From contig OZ241986.1 of the NCBI GenBank assembly GCA_965204375.1, positions 32,001-96,000 of the forward strand: a stretch of DNA of 64,000 nucleotides, in the 5' to 3' direction. The position numbers were made by a program, and so were the translations under genes. This document shows positions 43,610 to 52,911 of the stretch, one piece after another. The notes beneath the pieces were generated by a model. It was not told where the DNA came from and did no database searches. It worked only from the letters and a program-made list of their open reading frames with translations. The stretch's first letter is position 1. Each line of letters starts with the position of its first letter. The DNA comes from Candidatus Latescibacterota bacterium (GTDB taxonomy: Bacteria > Latescibacterota > UBA2968).

Positions 43610-46600
43610 TCAATCGTCATCTGCGGGTTGTGCCGCGGCTTCGGTGAACGAGTCAACACTATCGACCTGATTTTCGCTGTCGCTGGATATTTTGACTGAA
43701 ACGAGCCTGGAGACGCCGGGTTCTTCCATGGTCACGCCGTGCAGGGTTTCGCCATATTCCATCGTCCCTTTGTTGTGGGTGACAACGATGAACTGCGATT
43801 GTTTGGCGAATTTTTGGATGACTTTTACAAAGCGCGCGATATTGGCATCATCAAGAGGCGCATCGACTTCGTCGAGGACGCAAAAGGGACTGGGTTTGAC
43901 CAGGTAAATTGCAAAGAGAAGGGCAATGGCCGTCAGGGCGCGTTCGCCGCCCGAAAGCAGGTTAATGCTCTGCAGGCGTTTGCCCCATGGCCGCGCTGTG
44001 ATGATGATGGGTGCCTCGAGGGGATCTTCGTCGGGGGGCATGGTCAGATCGGCTTCGCCGCCTTCAAAAAATTCCTGGAATGTGGTCTGGAAGTGTTCTC
44101 GAATGCGGCCAAAGGTATCGAGAAAGCGCTGGCGCGCCGTGCGGTCGATGCGCGTGATGGTGCGCTTGACGATTTCCTCGGCCTCCAGAAGATCGTCGCG
44201 CTGGTGCGTGAGAAATTCAAGACGTTCTTTTTGGACTTCGTACTCTTCGAGTGCCGCCAGGTTGACAGATCCCATGCGCCGCATACGCTCTTGCAATTCG
44301 TGGGTCTTTTTTTCTGCCATATCCGCGTTAAATTCGGGATCCTGAAAACGCCCCTGTTCGGCAATATCGACTTCGTAATCGCGCTTGAGGCGTTGGATAA
44401 TTCCCTCGCCGCGCTCTTTGATATGCGCCATGGCGACTTGAATTTCGCTTAAACGCTCGCGGTGTTGTGTTGTGCGGCGATTTTTTTCCCGCAGCTTTTC
44501 TTCAATGGCGCGCGCTGCCATCACGATTTCGTGTTGTCTGTGCGCTTGTGCATCGCGTTTGTGCTCAATGCGAGATTGTTGCTTGTGCAGGACTTCCAGT
44601 TCGCCCGACGCTGTTCCGATGCTTTCTTCGCGTCCTTGTTTGCGTTTTTGGCTTTCATCGGCCTCGCCGGACAATCGCTCGATTTCGCGGGCAATGGCTT
44701 CGCGCTCTCTGCCCTGGCGCACGGCTTCGTGTGCGAGGCTTTCGATGCGTTCTTTCAAAGAGGCAATTTCCACGCGCACAGCAGCGACGCCATCTTGAAG
44801 TACGCGTCTCTGGTGTTCTTTTTCGCGCAAGTCTTCATCTGCACGGCGAACGATGTCTTCGAGGGTCTCGCGTTTGGCGTCGAGCTTTGTTTGCGCCTCT
44901 TCTGCATGGGAAATCAGATGCATCAATTCGCTTTCTCGCTGTGCGAGTTGTGCAGTCTCCTGGTCGAGTTCTGTCACTGCCTGAGCCTGGCGTTTGGCTT
45001 CTGTTTCGGCGTTTTGTCGGTCTCTTTGAAGGCCCGCACGGCGGTTGTGCAAATCGGCCAATGCGTTATCGCAGGCTTCGATTTGCGCGAGGTGTTTGTC
45101 GAGTGTTTCGAGCGTGCGTGCCAATTGTGTTTCGCACTTTGAGAGTGCGGATTGGGCGGATTCTATGGCCGTCTGGAGGTCGTCGATTTGTTGCTGGCGA
45201 CCAATGAGGCCCGATTCTGAGGTTGCATCTGCACCGCCGTAAACCGTGCCGTCGGCGGAAAAAACTTCGCCGCTGAGTGTCACAATTTCAATGCCTCTGT
45301 CATGCATGGTGCCGCTGTGAACAATCGCGGTTTGTGCATCGCTTACAATCAGGGTATGGCGCAGCAGCGCAGATACGGCACCGTGTATATCGCGCTGTGG
45401 GTTTAACAGATCGCTTGCCAGGCCGACAATTCCCTCTCCTTTGGGCACTTCGCTGAGCACGCCATTGGTAGCGATGATGCGTTCGAGGGGCAAAAATGCG
45501 GCGGCTCCGTGCTCTCCTTGTCTGAGAAAATCAATGGCCCAACGCGCGTCGTCGGTATTGCTGACGATCAAACATTCCAGTGCACGCCCCAGCGCGGCTT
45601 CAATGGCGGTGACATATTCGGGTTTGACATCGACCATGTCGGCGACAACGCCCTGTATGCGATTGGAAAAAGGCGAATCCACGGCAAGGGCACGTACGCC
45701 TTTGGAATAGCCTTCAAAGCCTTCTCTCAGTTTTTGGAGGAGGGCGACCCGCGCCTGGTCGGCTTCGATATTTGCGCGCAAGCGGTTGCGTGATTCGATT
45801 TGTTCGTCTCGCTGGGCAATACAGCAATCACGGTCTGCGATCTGTTGTTGTCTTTCTTCTGTGCGTTGGGCAATTTGACTTTCAACTGAGGCGATTTGTT
45901 CTGCGGACTGATTGGCAGTTTCGTCAGCCTCCTGGCGGCGTGCAGCCACGCGCTCAATATCCTGAGTCAATCGCGCCTTTCGCTGTACAATGCCTTCGCG
46001 CTCGGCCTGCATGCGCTCGAGGGCTTTGCCCTGATCACTATTTTGGCGCAATAAGTCCATCAACTGAGATTTTTGGGCATCGACTTGTGTGCGCTGTGTG
46101 TCCAGATCCCGGATTTCTGCTTCGAGTTTGGTGGTTTCCTCTTCGAGTTTCACTTCTGCGGCTTTGAGCGCTTTAGCTGATTTTTGCCCGTCTTGCTCGG
46201 CGGCTTTTTGGCCTTTTTGGGCGTTGTCAAGACGCACCTTGAGCGATTTTTGCTGATACTCGGCGCGTTCTAAAAATGCCTGAATATTGCGCACTTCTTC
46301 GCGTGCAACGAGTATTTCGCTGTCTTTGCCGTGTACGCGCTCGACGTGTTGCGATAGCTCGATATTGGCCTCGGCCAGTGCGCGATCCTGGTCGGTTAGT
46401 TCGACGCGCATTTCTTCGAGTTGGGCCTCGAGGGTGGTCATGTCGGTTTCTGAAATTTCGATGTCTTCTTTGAGGAAGACCATTTCCTCGCGCAGCGGCC
46501 CAGATTGGTCGGCCAGATCGAAGTATTGGAATCGCGCCAGTTTGATTTCGAGGTCGCGCAATTCATCTGACAGTGTTTTATAGAGCCTTGCTTTGCGCTC

Positions 46601-47224
46601 TTGCCGCTGTAGCGATGCGACTTGGCGCTGGATTTCTCCGAGCCAATCTTCCATTCTCTGCAGGTCTTGTTGTACGGCGATGAGCCTATTCCACGCAGAT
46701 CGTCGGCGAATTTTATACCGCGTTACACCGGCGGCTTCTTCAAAGCATCGTCGGCGTTCTTCAGCGTTGTCACTGATGATCTCATCCACCATGCCCTGTT
46801 CAATAACATAGGAAGACTGCGTGCCCAACCCGGTGTCCATCAGCAAGTTTTGAATGTCTTTCAGGCGGCAAGGAATTTTATTGAGCAGGTAGTCGCTTTC
46901 TCCGGATCGGAACAATCGGCGGGTAATGGTGACTTCGGAAAATTCGGTGGGCAAAATTTTTTGTGAATTATCGAGTGTGAGCGATACTTCGGCCATACCG
47001 AGGGGTTTGCGCGAGCGCGTACCGGAAAAAATCACGTCTCCCATACTGCCGCTACGCAAAGATCGGGGACGCTGTTCGCCCAGTGCCCAGCGCAGCGCAT
47101 CGACCACATTGGACTTGCCACAACCATTTGGTCCCACAACACAGGTAATGCCTTTTTGGAGGGGCATGTCGAGCTTTTGTGCAAAGGACTTAAAACCCAG
47201 TGCTTGCAAACGAGTCAGGTGCAA
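43610..47224 (-). CDS. smc: Chromosome segregation protein SMC
   Basis: GFKSF, GPNGCGKSN, long coiled coils with hinge, LSGGE, LDEVDAPLD; TTG start with AGGAGG. Confidence 0.97.
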   Translation of the reverse strand: MHLTRLQALGFKSFAQKLDMPLQKGITCVVGPNGCGKSNVVDALRWALGEQRPRSLRSGSMGDVIFSGTRSRKPLGMAEVSLTLDNSQKILPTEFSEVTITRRLFRSGESDYLLNKIPCRLKDIQNLLMDTGLGTQSSYVIEQGMVDEIISDNAEERRRCFEEAAGVTRYKIRRRSAWNRLIAVQQDLQRMEDWLGEIQRQVASLQRQERKARLYKTLSDELRDLEIKLARFQYFDLADQSGPLREEMVFLKEDIEISETDMTTLEAQLEEMRVELTDQDRALAEANIELSQHVERVHGKDSEILVAREEVRNIQAFLERAEYQQKSLKVRLDNAQKGQKAAEQDGQKSAKALKAAEVKLEEETTKLEAEIRDLDTQRTQVDAQKSQLMDLLRQNSDQGKALERMQAEREGIVQRKARLTQDIERVAARRQEADETANQSAEQIASVESQIAQRTEERQQQIADRDCCIAQRDEQIESRNRLRANIEADQARVALLQKLREGFEGYSKGVRALAVDSPFSNRIQGVVADMVDVKPEYVTAIEAALGRALECLIVSNTDDARWAIDFLRQGEHGAAAFLPLERIIATNGVLSEVPKGEGIVGLASDLLNPQRDIHGAVSALLRHTLIVSDAQTAIVHSGTMHDRGIEIVTLSGEVFSADGTVYGGADATSESGLIGRQQQIDDLQTAIESAQSALSKCETQLARTLETLDKHLAQIEACDNALADLHNRRAGLQRDRQNAETEAKRQAQAVTELDQETAQLAQRESELMHLISHAEEAQTKLDAKRETLEDIVRRADEDLREKEHQRRVLQDGVAAVRVEIASLKERIESLAHEAVRQGREREAIAREIERLSGEADESQKRKQGREESIGTASGELEVLHKQQSRIEHKRDAQAHRQHEIVMAARAIEEKLREKNRRTTQHRERLSEIQVAMAHIKERGEGIIQRLKRDYEVDIAEQGRFQDPEFNADMAEKKTHELQERMRRMGSVNLAALEEYEVQKERLEFLTHQRDDLLEAEEIVKRTITRIDRTARQRFLDTFGRIREHFQTTFQEFFEGGEADLTMPPDEDPLEAPIIITARPWGKRLQSINLLSGGERALTAIALLFAIYLVKPSPFCVLDEVDAPLDDANIARFVKVIQKFAKQSQFIVVTHNKGTMEYGETLHGVTMEEPGVSRLVSVKISSDSENQVDSVDSFTEAAAQPADDD

Positions 47225-47380
47225 TGAAAACCTCCTACTCGAATCTTTCTAAGAGCATAAGGTGCGAAAAAACAAGAGGATATGGTAATACAAGTCAAAA
47301 TTTGTGTACAAAATTCAATGAAAAAAATAGGGGAAGCACTTTGGACTGCATTTACACACAGCAACCCGGGGAGAGTTGGG

Positions 47381-47449
47381 GAACTACATTTTGTGGAGGG
47401 GAAGGTTATTATCCATCGCTATAATACTATATCTTGTGGCAGTCGTCAA
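47381..47449 (-). promoter_or_regulatory. smc promoter with two NrdR-box-like operators
   Basis: Minus-strand TTGACG (47449-47444)-N17-TATTAT (47426-47421); ACTACATTTTGTGG at 47383 and ACTATATCTTGTGG at 47426. Confidence 0.55.
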
Positions 47450-47554
47450 GGGTAAAAAACGATAGAAAAATTGACTGAGTAGAGTACCTGTCTGCCTCAG
47501 CACAGGCAGGCAACTGACCGCTTCTCAGGTCAATTCATAGATGAGCCTTCCTCA

Positions 47555-47583
47555 TCTGCGTTTATCTGCGTTCATCTGCGGAT
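47555..47583. repeat. Second copy of the intergenic 10-bp-period repeat
   Basis: Identical to 16635-16663. Confidence 0.8.
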
Positions 47584-47618
47584 GTATTTTGGAGTGGTCG
47601 GGCGGGGTTCTTTGGCAA

Positions 47619-47647
47619 TTGACATTATATCAGGAGCAATCTAATTT
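47619..47647 (+). promoter_or_regulatory. Sigma70-like promoter for the enolase-superfamily gene
   Basis: TTGACA-N17-TAATTT. Confidence 0.45.
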
Positions 47648-47697
47648 AGGCATGGCGTTTCGCACCTGTGCAACACTTTCACAGAATGGGAGTTTTT

Positions 47698-48828
47698 ATG
47701 CTGAATTTACACGGTGAAAAAATTGTTCGGATTGAAAAAGTGGTTAGAAAATTTAAGCGGCCCCGCCTGATCGGGCGCAATGCGCGGATTGGCGTTCACG
47801 GGGATATGGTGACGGACCCCGTGGTTCGCATCCACACAAATAGTGGTGCTATTGGCGTTGGATGGTCTCGGTTGGGACGGGAAGAAGCCGAGTCATTGGT
47901 GGGCAAAGGCATTGGGGATGTGTTCCAATTGCCGGGGGGATCAAACGAAGCTGGAGCGGCGATTGATTTGCCTCTATGGGATCTGGTAGCCAAATTATCG
48001 GATCAGCCGTTGTACAGACTTTTAGGTGCTCGGGGATCGCGGGCAGTCGAGTTGTACGATGGTTCGGTTTATATCGATGACCTCGATGCCTCGGACGAGG
48101 AGGCTGTGGAGATATTTCGAGACGAAGTCAAGACCGGGCACGATTACGGGTATAAAAATTTCAAAATTAAAATTGGTCGCGGTGCACGATGGATGCCTGT
48201 TATAGAGGGTACAGATCGAGATGTGCTGGTTATTCACATTGTTCGGGAAGCCGCTGGTGAAGATGCAAAGATACTCGTTGATGCGAATAATGGCACGACG
48301 CTCAATATTGCAAAAGACATTCTCACTCGCTGTGAAGATGTGGGGATTTACTGGTTTGAAGAACCGTTTCCCGAAGATGGGGCTTTTAACGAGGATTTTA
48401 AGCAATTCATCGTCGAAAAAGGGTACGATACGCTCGTCGCTGATGGGGAATCAGGTCCTCCGCCACCCAGTTATTTTGATATGGTGAAAAAGGGATGGAT
48501 CGATGTGGTGCAACACGATTTTCGCGCCAAGGGCCTTACGTGGTGGCGCGAGACTGCCGCGATGATCGAACCGTGGGGCGGCCAGTGTGCGCCTCATTGC
48601 TGGGGGAGTTTGATTGAGCGCTATGCCCACGCGCATTTTGCCGCTTCAGTTCCCCATTTTTCGCTTCAAGAAGCCGCCCCCGCAGATATGCCAGGCATTG
48701 TGCTCGATGGCTGGACGATGCAGGATGGGTGTTTGATGGTGCCAGATACGCCGGGTACGGGGTTTGACCTCGAGGCAGATGTGATTGAAGAGGGCGTAAA
48801 ACGAGAAGATGGGTTCAGGGTGGGATAA
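47698..48828 (+). CDS. Mandelate racemase/muconate lactonizing enzyme family protein
   Basis: IDLPLWDL, KIKIG, VDAN, WFEEP, DGE, PGTG. Confidence 0.88.
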   Translation: MLNLHGEKIVRIEKVVRKFKRPRLIGRNARIGVHGDMVTDPVVRIHTNSGAIGVGWSRLGREEAESLVGKGIGDVFQLPGGSNEAGAAIDLPLWDLVAKLSDQPLYRLLGARGSRAVELYDGSVYIDDLDASDEEAVEIFRDEVKTGHDYGYKNFKIKIGRGARWMPVIEGTDRDVLVIHIVREAAGEDAKILVDANNGTTLNIAKDILTRCEDVGIYWFEEPFPEDGAFNEDFKQFIVEKGYDTLVADGESGPPPPSYFDMVKKGWIDVVQHDFRAKGLTWWRETAAMIEPWGGQCAPHCWGSLIERYAHAHFAASVPHFSLQEAAPADMPGIVLDGWTMQDGCLMVPDTPGTGFDLEADVIEEGVKREDGFRVG

Positions 48829-48834
48829 TGAGCT

Positions 48835-50649
48835 ATGAACAAAGAATCGAAAACGCTTGAAGAATTGCTGCATGTGCGCGTGGTTCTTGAATTGAATAAG
48901 TTGGCGCGGTTGTTGACGGGGGCAAAACTGCCCACGCGCAAGGCGGAGATTATCGCCGTTATTGTGCGCGAGATAATGGAGTACACGCGCGATTATTGGG
49001 ACTTGCTGGATGATCTGCAACAAAAAGCCGTGGCAGAAGCTCTTTACGCGCCGTGGTTTGACGAAGAGGGATTTTACGCCAAATATGGCGCAAAGCCAGA
49101 TTGGGGAAAGACGCCTTCCTGGTCCCAATATAGGCACGAGCCATCGCTGCTCAACCTGTTTATTCTTAGTGGTGATCGCTATGATTCTTCCCGTGGCCAA
49201 AAGGTCGTACCCGACGATTTGAAAGTCATCCTCAAAGAATTTGTACTCCAACCGGCACCTGCAAAATTGCGCGTTGAAACAGAACGTCCGGAACAGGTAG
49301 AAATTCCCCAGTATGATTTTTTGACGGACAAAAATAAAATCAAACAGATCCAGCTTTATCACGCGGATACCGAGCAGACAGCACAGCAAGACCTAATATC
49401 TGTATTGCAATTGATCGATGTGGGCAAGGTGCGTTTGACTGAGAAGACCAGACGCCCAACAGCAGCCAGTCTTCGCGCCCTTGGCGAGGTTCTTTGGGGC
49501 GGTGATTTTTATCCAGACCGCGAAAAGCGCAATGAATGGGACGAATTGCCGGGGCCGATTAAAGCACATGCGTGGCCGGTACTCATTCACGCGGCAAAGC
49601 TGGCACGGTTGCAAAGCGGCAAGTTGCGGTTGACGCCTGCGGGACGAAAGGCATTGACTGCGCCCCCTCACGAAACCAGTAAGACGTTGTGGCAGGCGTG
49701 GCTTAAAAATGCAAAGACAGATGAAATGCAACGGGTAAGTGCCATTCGCGGGCAAACTGGACGGGGAAAATCGGGCATGACTTCTCCGGTAAAGCGGCGT
49801 ACTGTAATTGTCAAAGCACTCCGAGCATGCCCTATCGAAAAGTGGTTTGGTTTTGACGCCTTTTGCAATTTTATGCGTGCAGCGGGCTATTGGTTAATTG
49901 TGTCGGATGAGCCGTGGGAACTTTATATCGGCGATTATCACTATGGGCATTTGTCCAACGATGACTGGGCTTTGCTGACGTCTCGCTATACGATGGTATT
50001 GCTTTTTGAATATGCCGCGACATTGGGGCTTGTAGATGTGGCCTATATTGATCCGGCGGATGCGCCCTTAGATGTAGATTCCGCGTCAGATCTTGCGTTT
50101 TTGAGTCGCTATGATGGGTTGATGTATTTGCGTATCAATGCGTTGGGAGCTTTTTGTTTAGGGCGGAAGCGATCTTATACGCCTTCGGAAGTAGAGATTG
50201 AACATGTGCTCAAAGTGCTGCCCAATTTCGATGTGGTCGCATTCAAGCCCCTGCCGTCGGGCGATCAAATTGCGCTGGAACAATTTGCAGAGAAGACTGC
50301 TGACAACGTGTGGAAGATTCGGTCCGAACAGATGCTCAAAGGTCTGGAGAGTGGACAATCGCTCGATCACATGCGGTCATTTTTGAAGCACAAAAGCGGC
50401 GAGGAGTTGCCACATCCTGTGGCTGTGCTGTTTGACGATATGGCCGATAAAGTACCGCGTTTGCGAGCGAAAGGCACAGCGCATTTGATTGAGGTGACAG
50501 ATGTTGAGACCGCACAGTTTCTCGCACATGATCGTGGTGTAAGCAAACACTGCTATCTGGCCGGTGACCGCCAACTTGTTGTGCCAGAAAAATCTTTGAC
50601 AGCATTTCGCAACGCACTGAGAAAAGTTGGATATATATTGCCGAAGTAG
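48835..50649 (+). CDS. Hypothetical protein with C-terminal XPB/Ssl2 helicase-associated-like domain
   Basis: LRLTPAG, FEYAATLGLVDVAY, LSRYDGL, LKVLPNFDVV...FL...S.E.LP.PV; no Walker motifs seen. Confidence 0.65.
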   Translation: MNKESKTLEELLHVRVVLELNKLARLLTGAKLPTRKAEIIAVIVREIMEYTRDYWDLLDDLQQKAVAEALYAPWFDEEGFYAKYGAKPDWGKTPSWSQYRHEPSLLNLFILSGDRYDSSRGQKVVPDDLKVILKEFVLQPAPAKLRVETERPEQVEIPQYDFLTDKNKIKQIQLYHADTEQTAQQDLISVLQLIDVGKVRLTEKTRRPTAASLRALGEVLWGGDFYPDREKRNEWDELPGPIKAHAWPVLIHAAKLARLQSGKLRLTPAGRKALTAPPHETSKTLWQAWLKNAKTDEMQRVSAIRGQTGRGKSGMTSPVKRRTVIVKALRACPIEKWFGFDAFCNFMRAAGYWLIVSDEPWELYIGDYHYGHLSNDDWALLTSRYTMVLLFEYAATLGLVDVAYIDPADAPLDVDSASDLAFLSRYDGLMYLRINALGAFCLGRKRSYTPSEVEIEHVLKVLPNFDVVAFKPLPSGDQIALEQFAEKTADNVWKIRSEQMLKGLESGQSLDHMRSFLKHKSGEELPHPVAVLFDDMADKVPRLRAKGTAHLIEVTDVETAQFLAHDRGVSKHCYLAGDRQLVVPEKSLTAFRNALRKVGYILPK

Positions 50650-50693
50650 ATACACAGGCGGCAGACTGGCGTGACCGCTGGAGTGATTGGGAT

Positions 50694-51014
50694 ATGAATA
50701 AAAAAATAAAATCTGTTCTGGAGATATTGCGCCGTCAATTTGAGATATTTTATGGTGATCGACTGGCGCACATGGTGTTATTTGGTTCGCGTGCCCGCGG
50801 CGATGCAGAATCCGATTCAGATATTGATGTGCTTATTGTATTACACGGACATGTAGATGCAGTTGAGGAAATCAGACGAACCAGTGGGATTGTATCCAAT
50901 CTTTGTTTGGAATATGAAGTAGTAATCAGTTGTGTGTTCATGGATCTTTATCGCTATAAAAACAAACAAGGACCACTACTTCGGAATATACGCAAAGAGG
51001 GCGTTGCGTTATGA
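50694..51014 (+). CDS. Minimal nucleotidyltransferase (MNT antitoxin), no HEPN partner
   Basis: LFGSRARGDAESDSDIDVLIV; C-terminal PLLRNIRKEGV. Confidence 0.9.
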   Translation: MNKKIKSVLEILRRQFEIFYGDRLAHMVLFGSRARGDAESDSDIDVLIVLHGHVDAVEEIRRTSGIVSNLCLEYEVVISCVFMDLYRYKNKQGPLLRNIRKEGVAL

Positions 51015-51027
51015 AGGAGGTATAAAC

Positions 51028-52068
51028 ATGACATTTCCTGGAGCAGAATGGGAGATGAGGCCGCCCAGTGATCTCGGCTTTGACGTGGAGAAACTCGCAC
51101 GGGTGCAGAGGTGGTTGCGCGAGGTGGCGGAGGATAGGCCATTTCAAGTGGGGATTGCGCGTTATGGGTATCTCGCGGCAGAGTGGCGGCAAGGTGTTGC
51201 GGCTGATTCGATGCCCTCGCAGGCGTCTGCTGCAAAGTCGTATTATTCGACGCTTCTGGGCATTGTTGTGGCGGAGGGGAAGTTGTCTTCGCCAGATGAA
51301 AGGGTTGTCGATTACTATCCAGAGATGATGGATGTGGGCGAGCAGGAAGGCCCAAAGCCCGGGCGGTATGCGTTTGAGAAGGATCGCGATATTACTTTTC
51401 GGCATTTGATATGCAATGTGTCGGGCTATATGAAACCGGGGGAGAAACCGGGGGAGGTTTTTCACTATCAGACTTATGGGATGAATATTCTGATCCACGC
51501 AATGGCTAAAATTTACGGGTGTTACGATGCAAATGATCCCGAGGGTTTGCCGGGATGTGGGAAGGTGATCGAAGAAAAATTGCGCGATCCAATTGGGGGT
51601 ATTTGGACTCATTCGCATTCCAATTTCGATCTGTGGCCCAGTGCGAGATTAAATATTTTCGGGTATTACACGCAGGTGCATACCACATTGCGCGATCAGT
51701 TGCGGGTGGGACATTTGTGGGTCAATTACGGCAATTGGAATGGGGTTCAGGTCGCGCCGGAGAATTACTTGCGCGAAGCAACGGTGACGAATGATTTTAT
51801 TCTGGAAAACGAACCCGAAGAGAACTGGAAATATGGACACGGATTCTGGTGCAATGATCGCGGGATGCAGTGGGCAGATGCGCCGAGAGATTCTTTTGCC
51901 GCATCGGGCGCAGGTGCGAAGCATATCTGGATGTGCCCGCGGTTGGGTCTGGTTATCGCGCAAAATCCAGGGCTGTGGGATCAGTTCAGGGAAGAGCAGG
52001 ATAAGATCGGGAGTCAGAATGAGGTGATTGCGCGAATTGTGGATGCGGTGAAGGAAGTTGTTTGGTGA
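51028..52068 (+). CDS. Beta-lactamase-like serine hydrolase
   Basis: SAAK (SxxK), ITFRHL, PGEVFHY, YGHGFW, ASGAG; AAGGAGG RBS. Confidence 0.85.
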   Translation: MTFPGAEWEMRPPSDLGFDVEKLARVQRWLREVAEDRPFQVGIARYGYLAAEWRQGVAADSMPSQASAAKSYYSTLLGIVVAEGKLSSPDERVVDYYPEMMDVGEQEGPKPGRYAFEKDRDITFRHLICNVSGYMKPGEKPGEVFHYQTYGMNILIHAMAKIYGCYDANDPEGLPGCGKVIEEKLRDPIGGIWTHSHSNFDLWPSARLNIFGYYTQVHTTLRDQLRVGHLWVNYGNWNGVQVAPENYLREATVTNDFILENEPEENWKYGHGFWCNDRGMQWADAPRDSFAASGAGAKHIWMCPRLGLVIAQNPGLWDQFREEQDKIGSQNEVIARIVDAVKEVVW

Positions 52069-52096
52069 TTTTGATTTATGCACACGCCTCAACAAA

Positions 52097-52339
52097 CTAC
52101 GATTCCGCAGAGATCGATGCGGTATCGTACACTTTCCGTTTTTCACGCAATGGAAGGAGATCTGTACTCTCACACGTTATAAGGGCATAGGTGTAGCCAT
52201 CTTGAGCTACAAATTCTACTTCATAGCCATCATCAGGATGACATTCCACGACCGTGCCTATTTCGCCACGTACCAACTTGTGTTCCAACTTATCGTTTGT
52301 TAATGCCACCACATCCAATAGGCGAATATCATTTGTCAT
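52097..52339 (-). CDS. DUF4926-like small protein
   Basis: LLDVVAL...LVRGEIGTVVE...YEVEF...DG.TYAL. Confidence 0.85.
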   Translation of the reverse strand: MTNDIRLLDVVALTNDKLEHKLVRGEIGTVVECHPDDGYEVEFVAQDGYTYALITCESTDLLPLREKRKVYDTASISAES

Positions 52340-52341
52340 TC

Positions 52342-52683
52342 TTACCTCTCCTTCAAAGGGTAGCATGTGACAAGACGAGGATGTTGCTCGAGGGGTCTAA
52401 TATTCCAAACACTCCGGACCAGAGCTTGATGCCCTTGCCAATTCATCATAAAATTCAGTTCATAACGCTGTCCGTGAGCATCTTTTCTCCCCAATGTTGC
52501 CTCATGTGTGCGAACGACTTCAAGCAGAATATTACACAAAACTTCTGCATTTTCTTGTGTAATCCCAAATATAGAATCAAATAAACGCGCCTTATGACGA
52601 CCAACACGGTGCTGTGTGTTAAGCGTATAATCTCTAAGTTTCCTGATATCAATGAAGGCGTGTTCTGCGTTGGGTATAATCAC
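52342..52683 (-). CDS. DUF6883-like protein
   Basis: IPNAEHAFIDIRKLRDYTLN..H..GRHKARLF...VRSVW...PRLVTCY; GTG start assumed. Confidence 0.8.
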   Translation of the reverse strand: MIIPNAEHAFIDIRKLRDYTLNTQHRVGRHKARLFDSIFGITQENAEVLCNILLEVVRTHEATLGRKDAHGQRYELNFMMNWQGHQALVRSVWNIRPLEQHPRLVTCYPLKER

Positions 52684-52911
52684 TATTGGACCAAAACCGT
52701 TGAGTTTTGCAGAATCAAAAGGGATAAAAAATATACCACAATCACTATGGCTGGTCAATGTGGGACTTCATTAGAAGATGGTCTTTCGAGTTTGGATGGA
52801 CAATGGATGGGTGCTTTGAAAGGGCGATGGCTTTAAGAGATAGGTTGATAATCGAAAATGGCGTAAAGGAACAAAGGCCGCCAACTGTTCACTTTAATTG
52901 AAGGAGTCAAA

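Noticed and set aside
52760-52900. Possible gene remnant or ncRNA upstream of the dynamin operon
   Set aside because: No recognisable motif or convincing structure.
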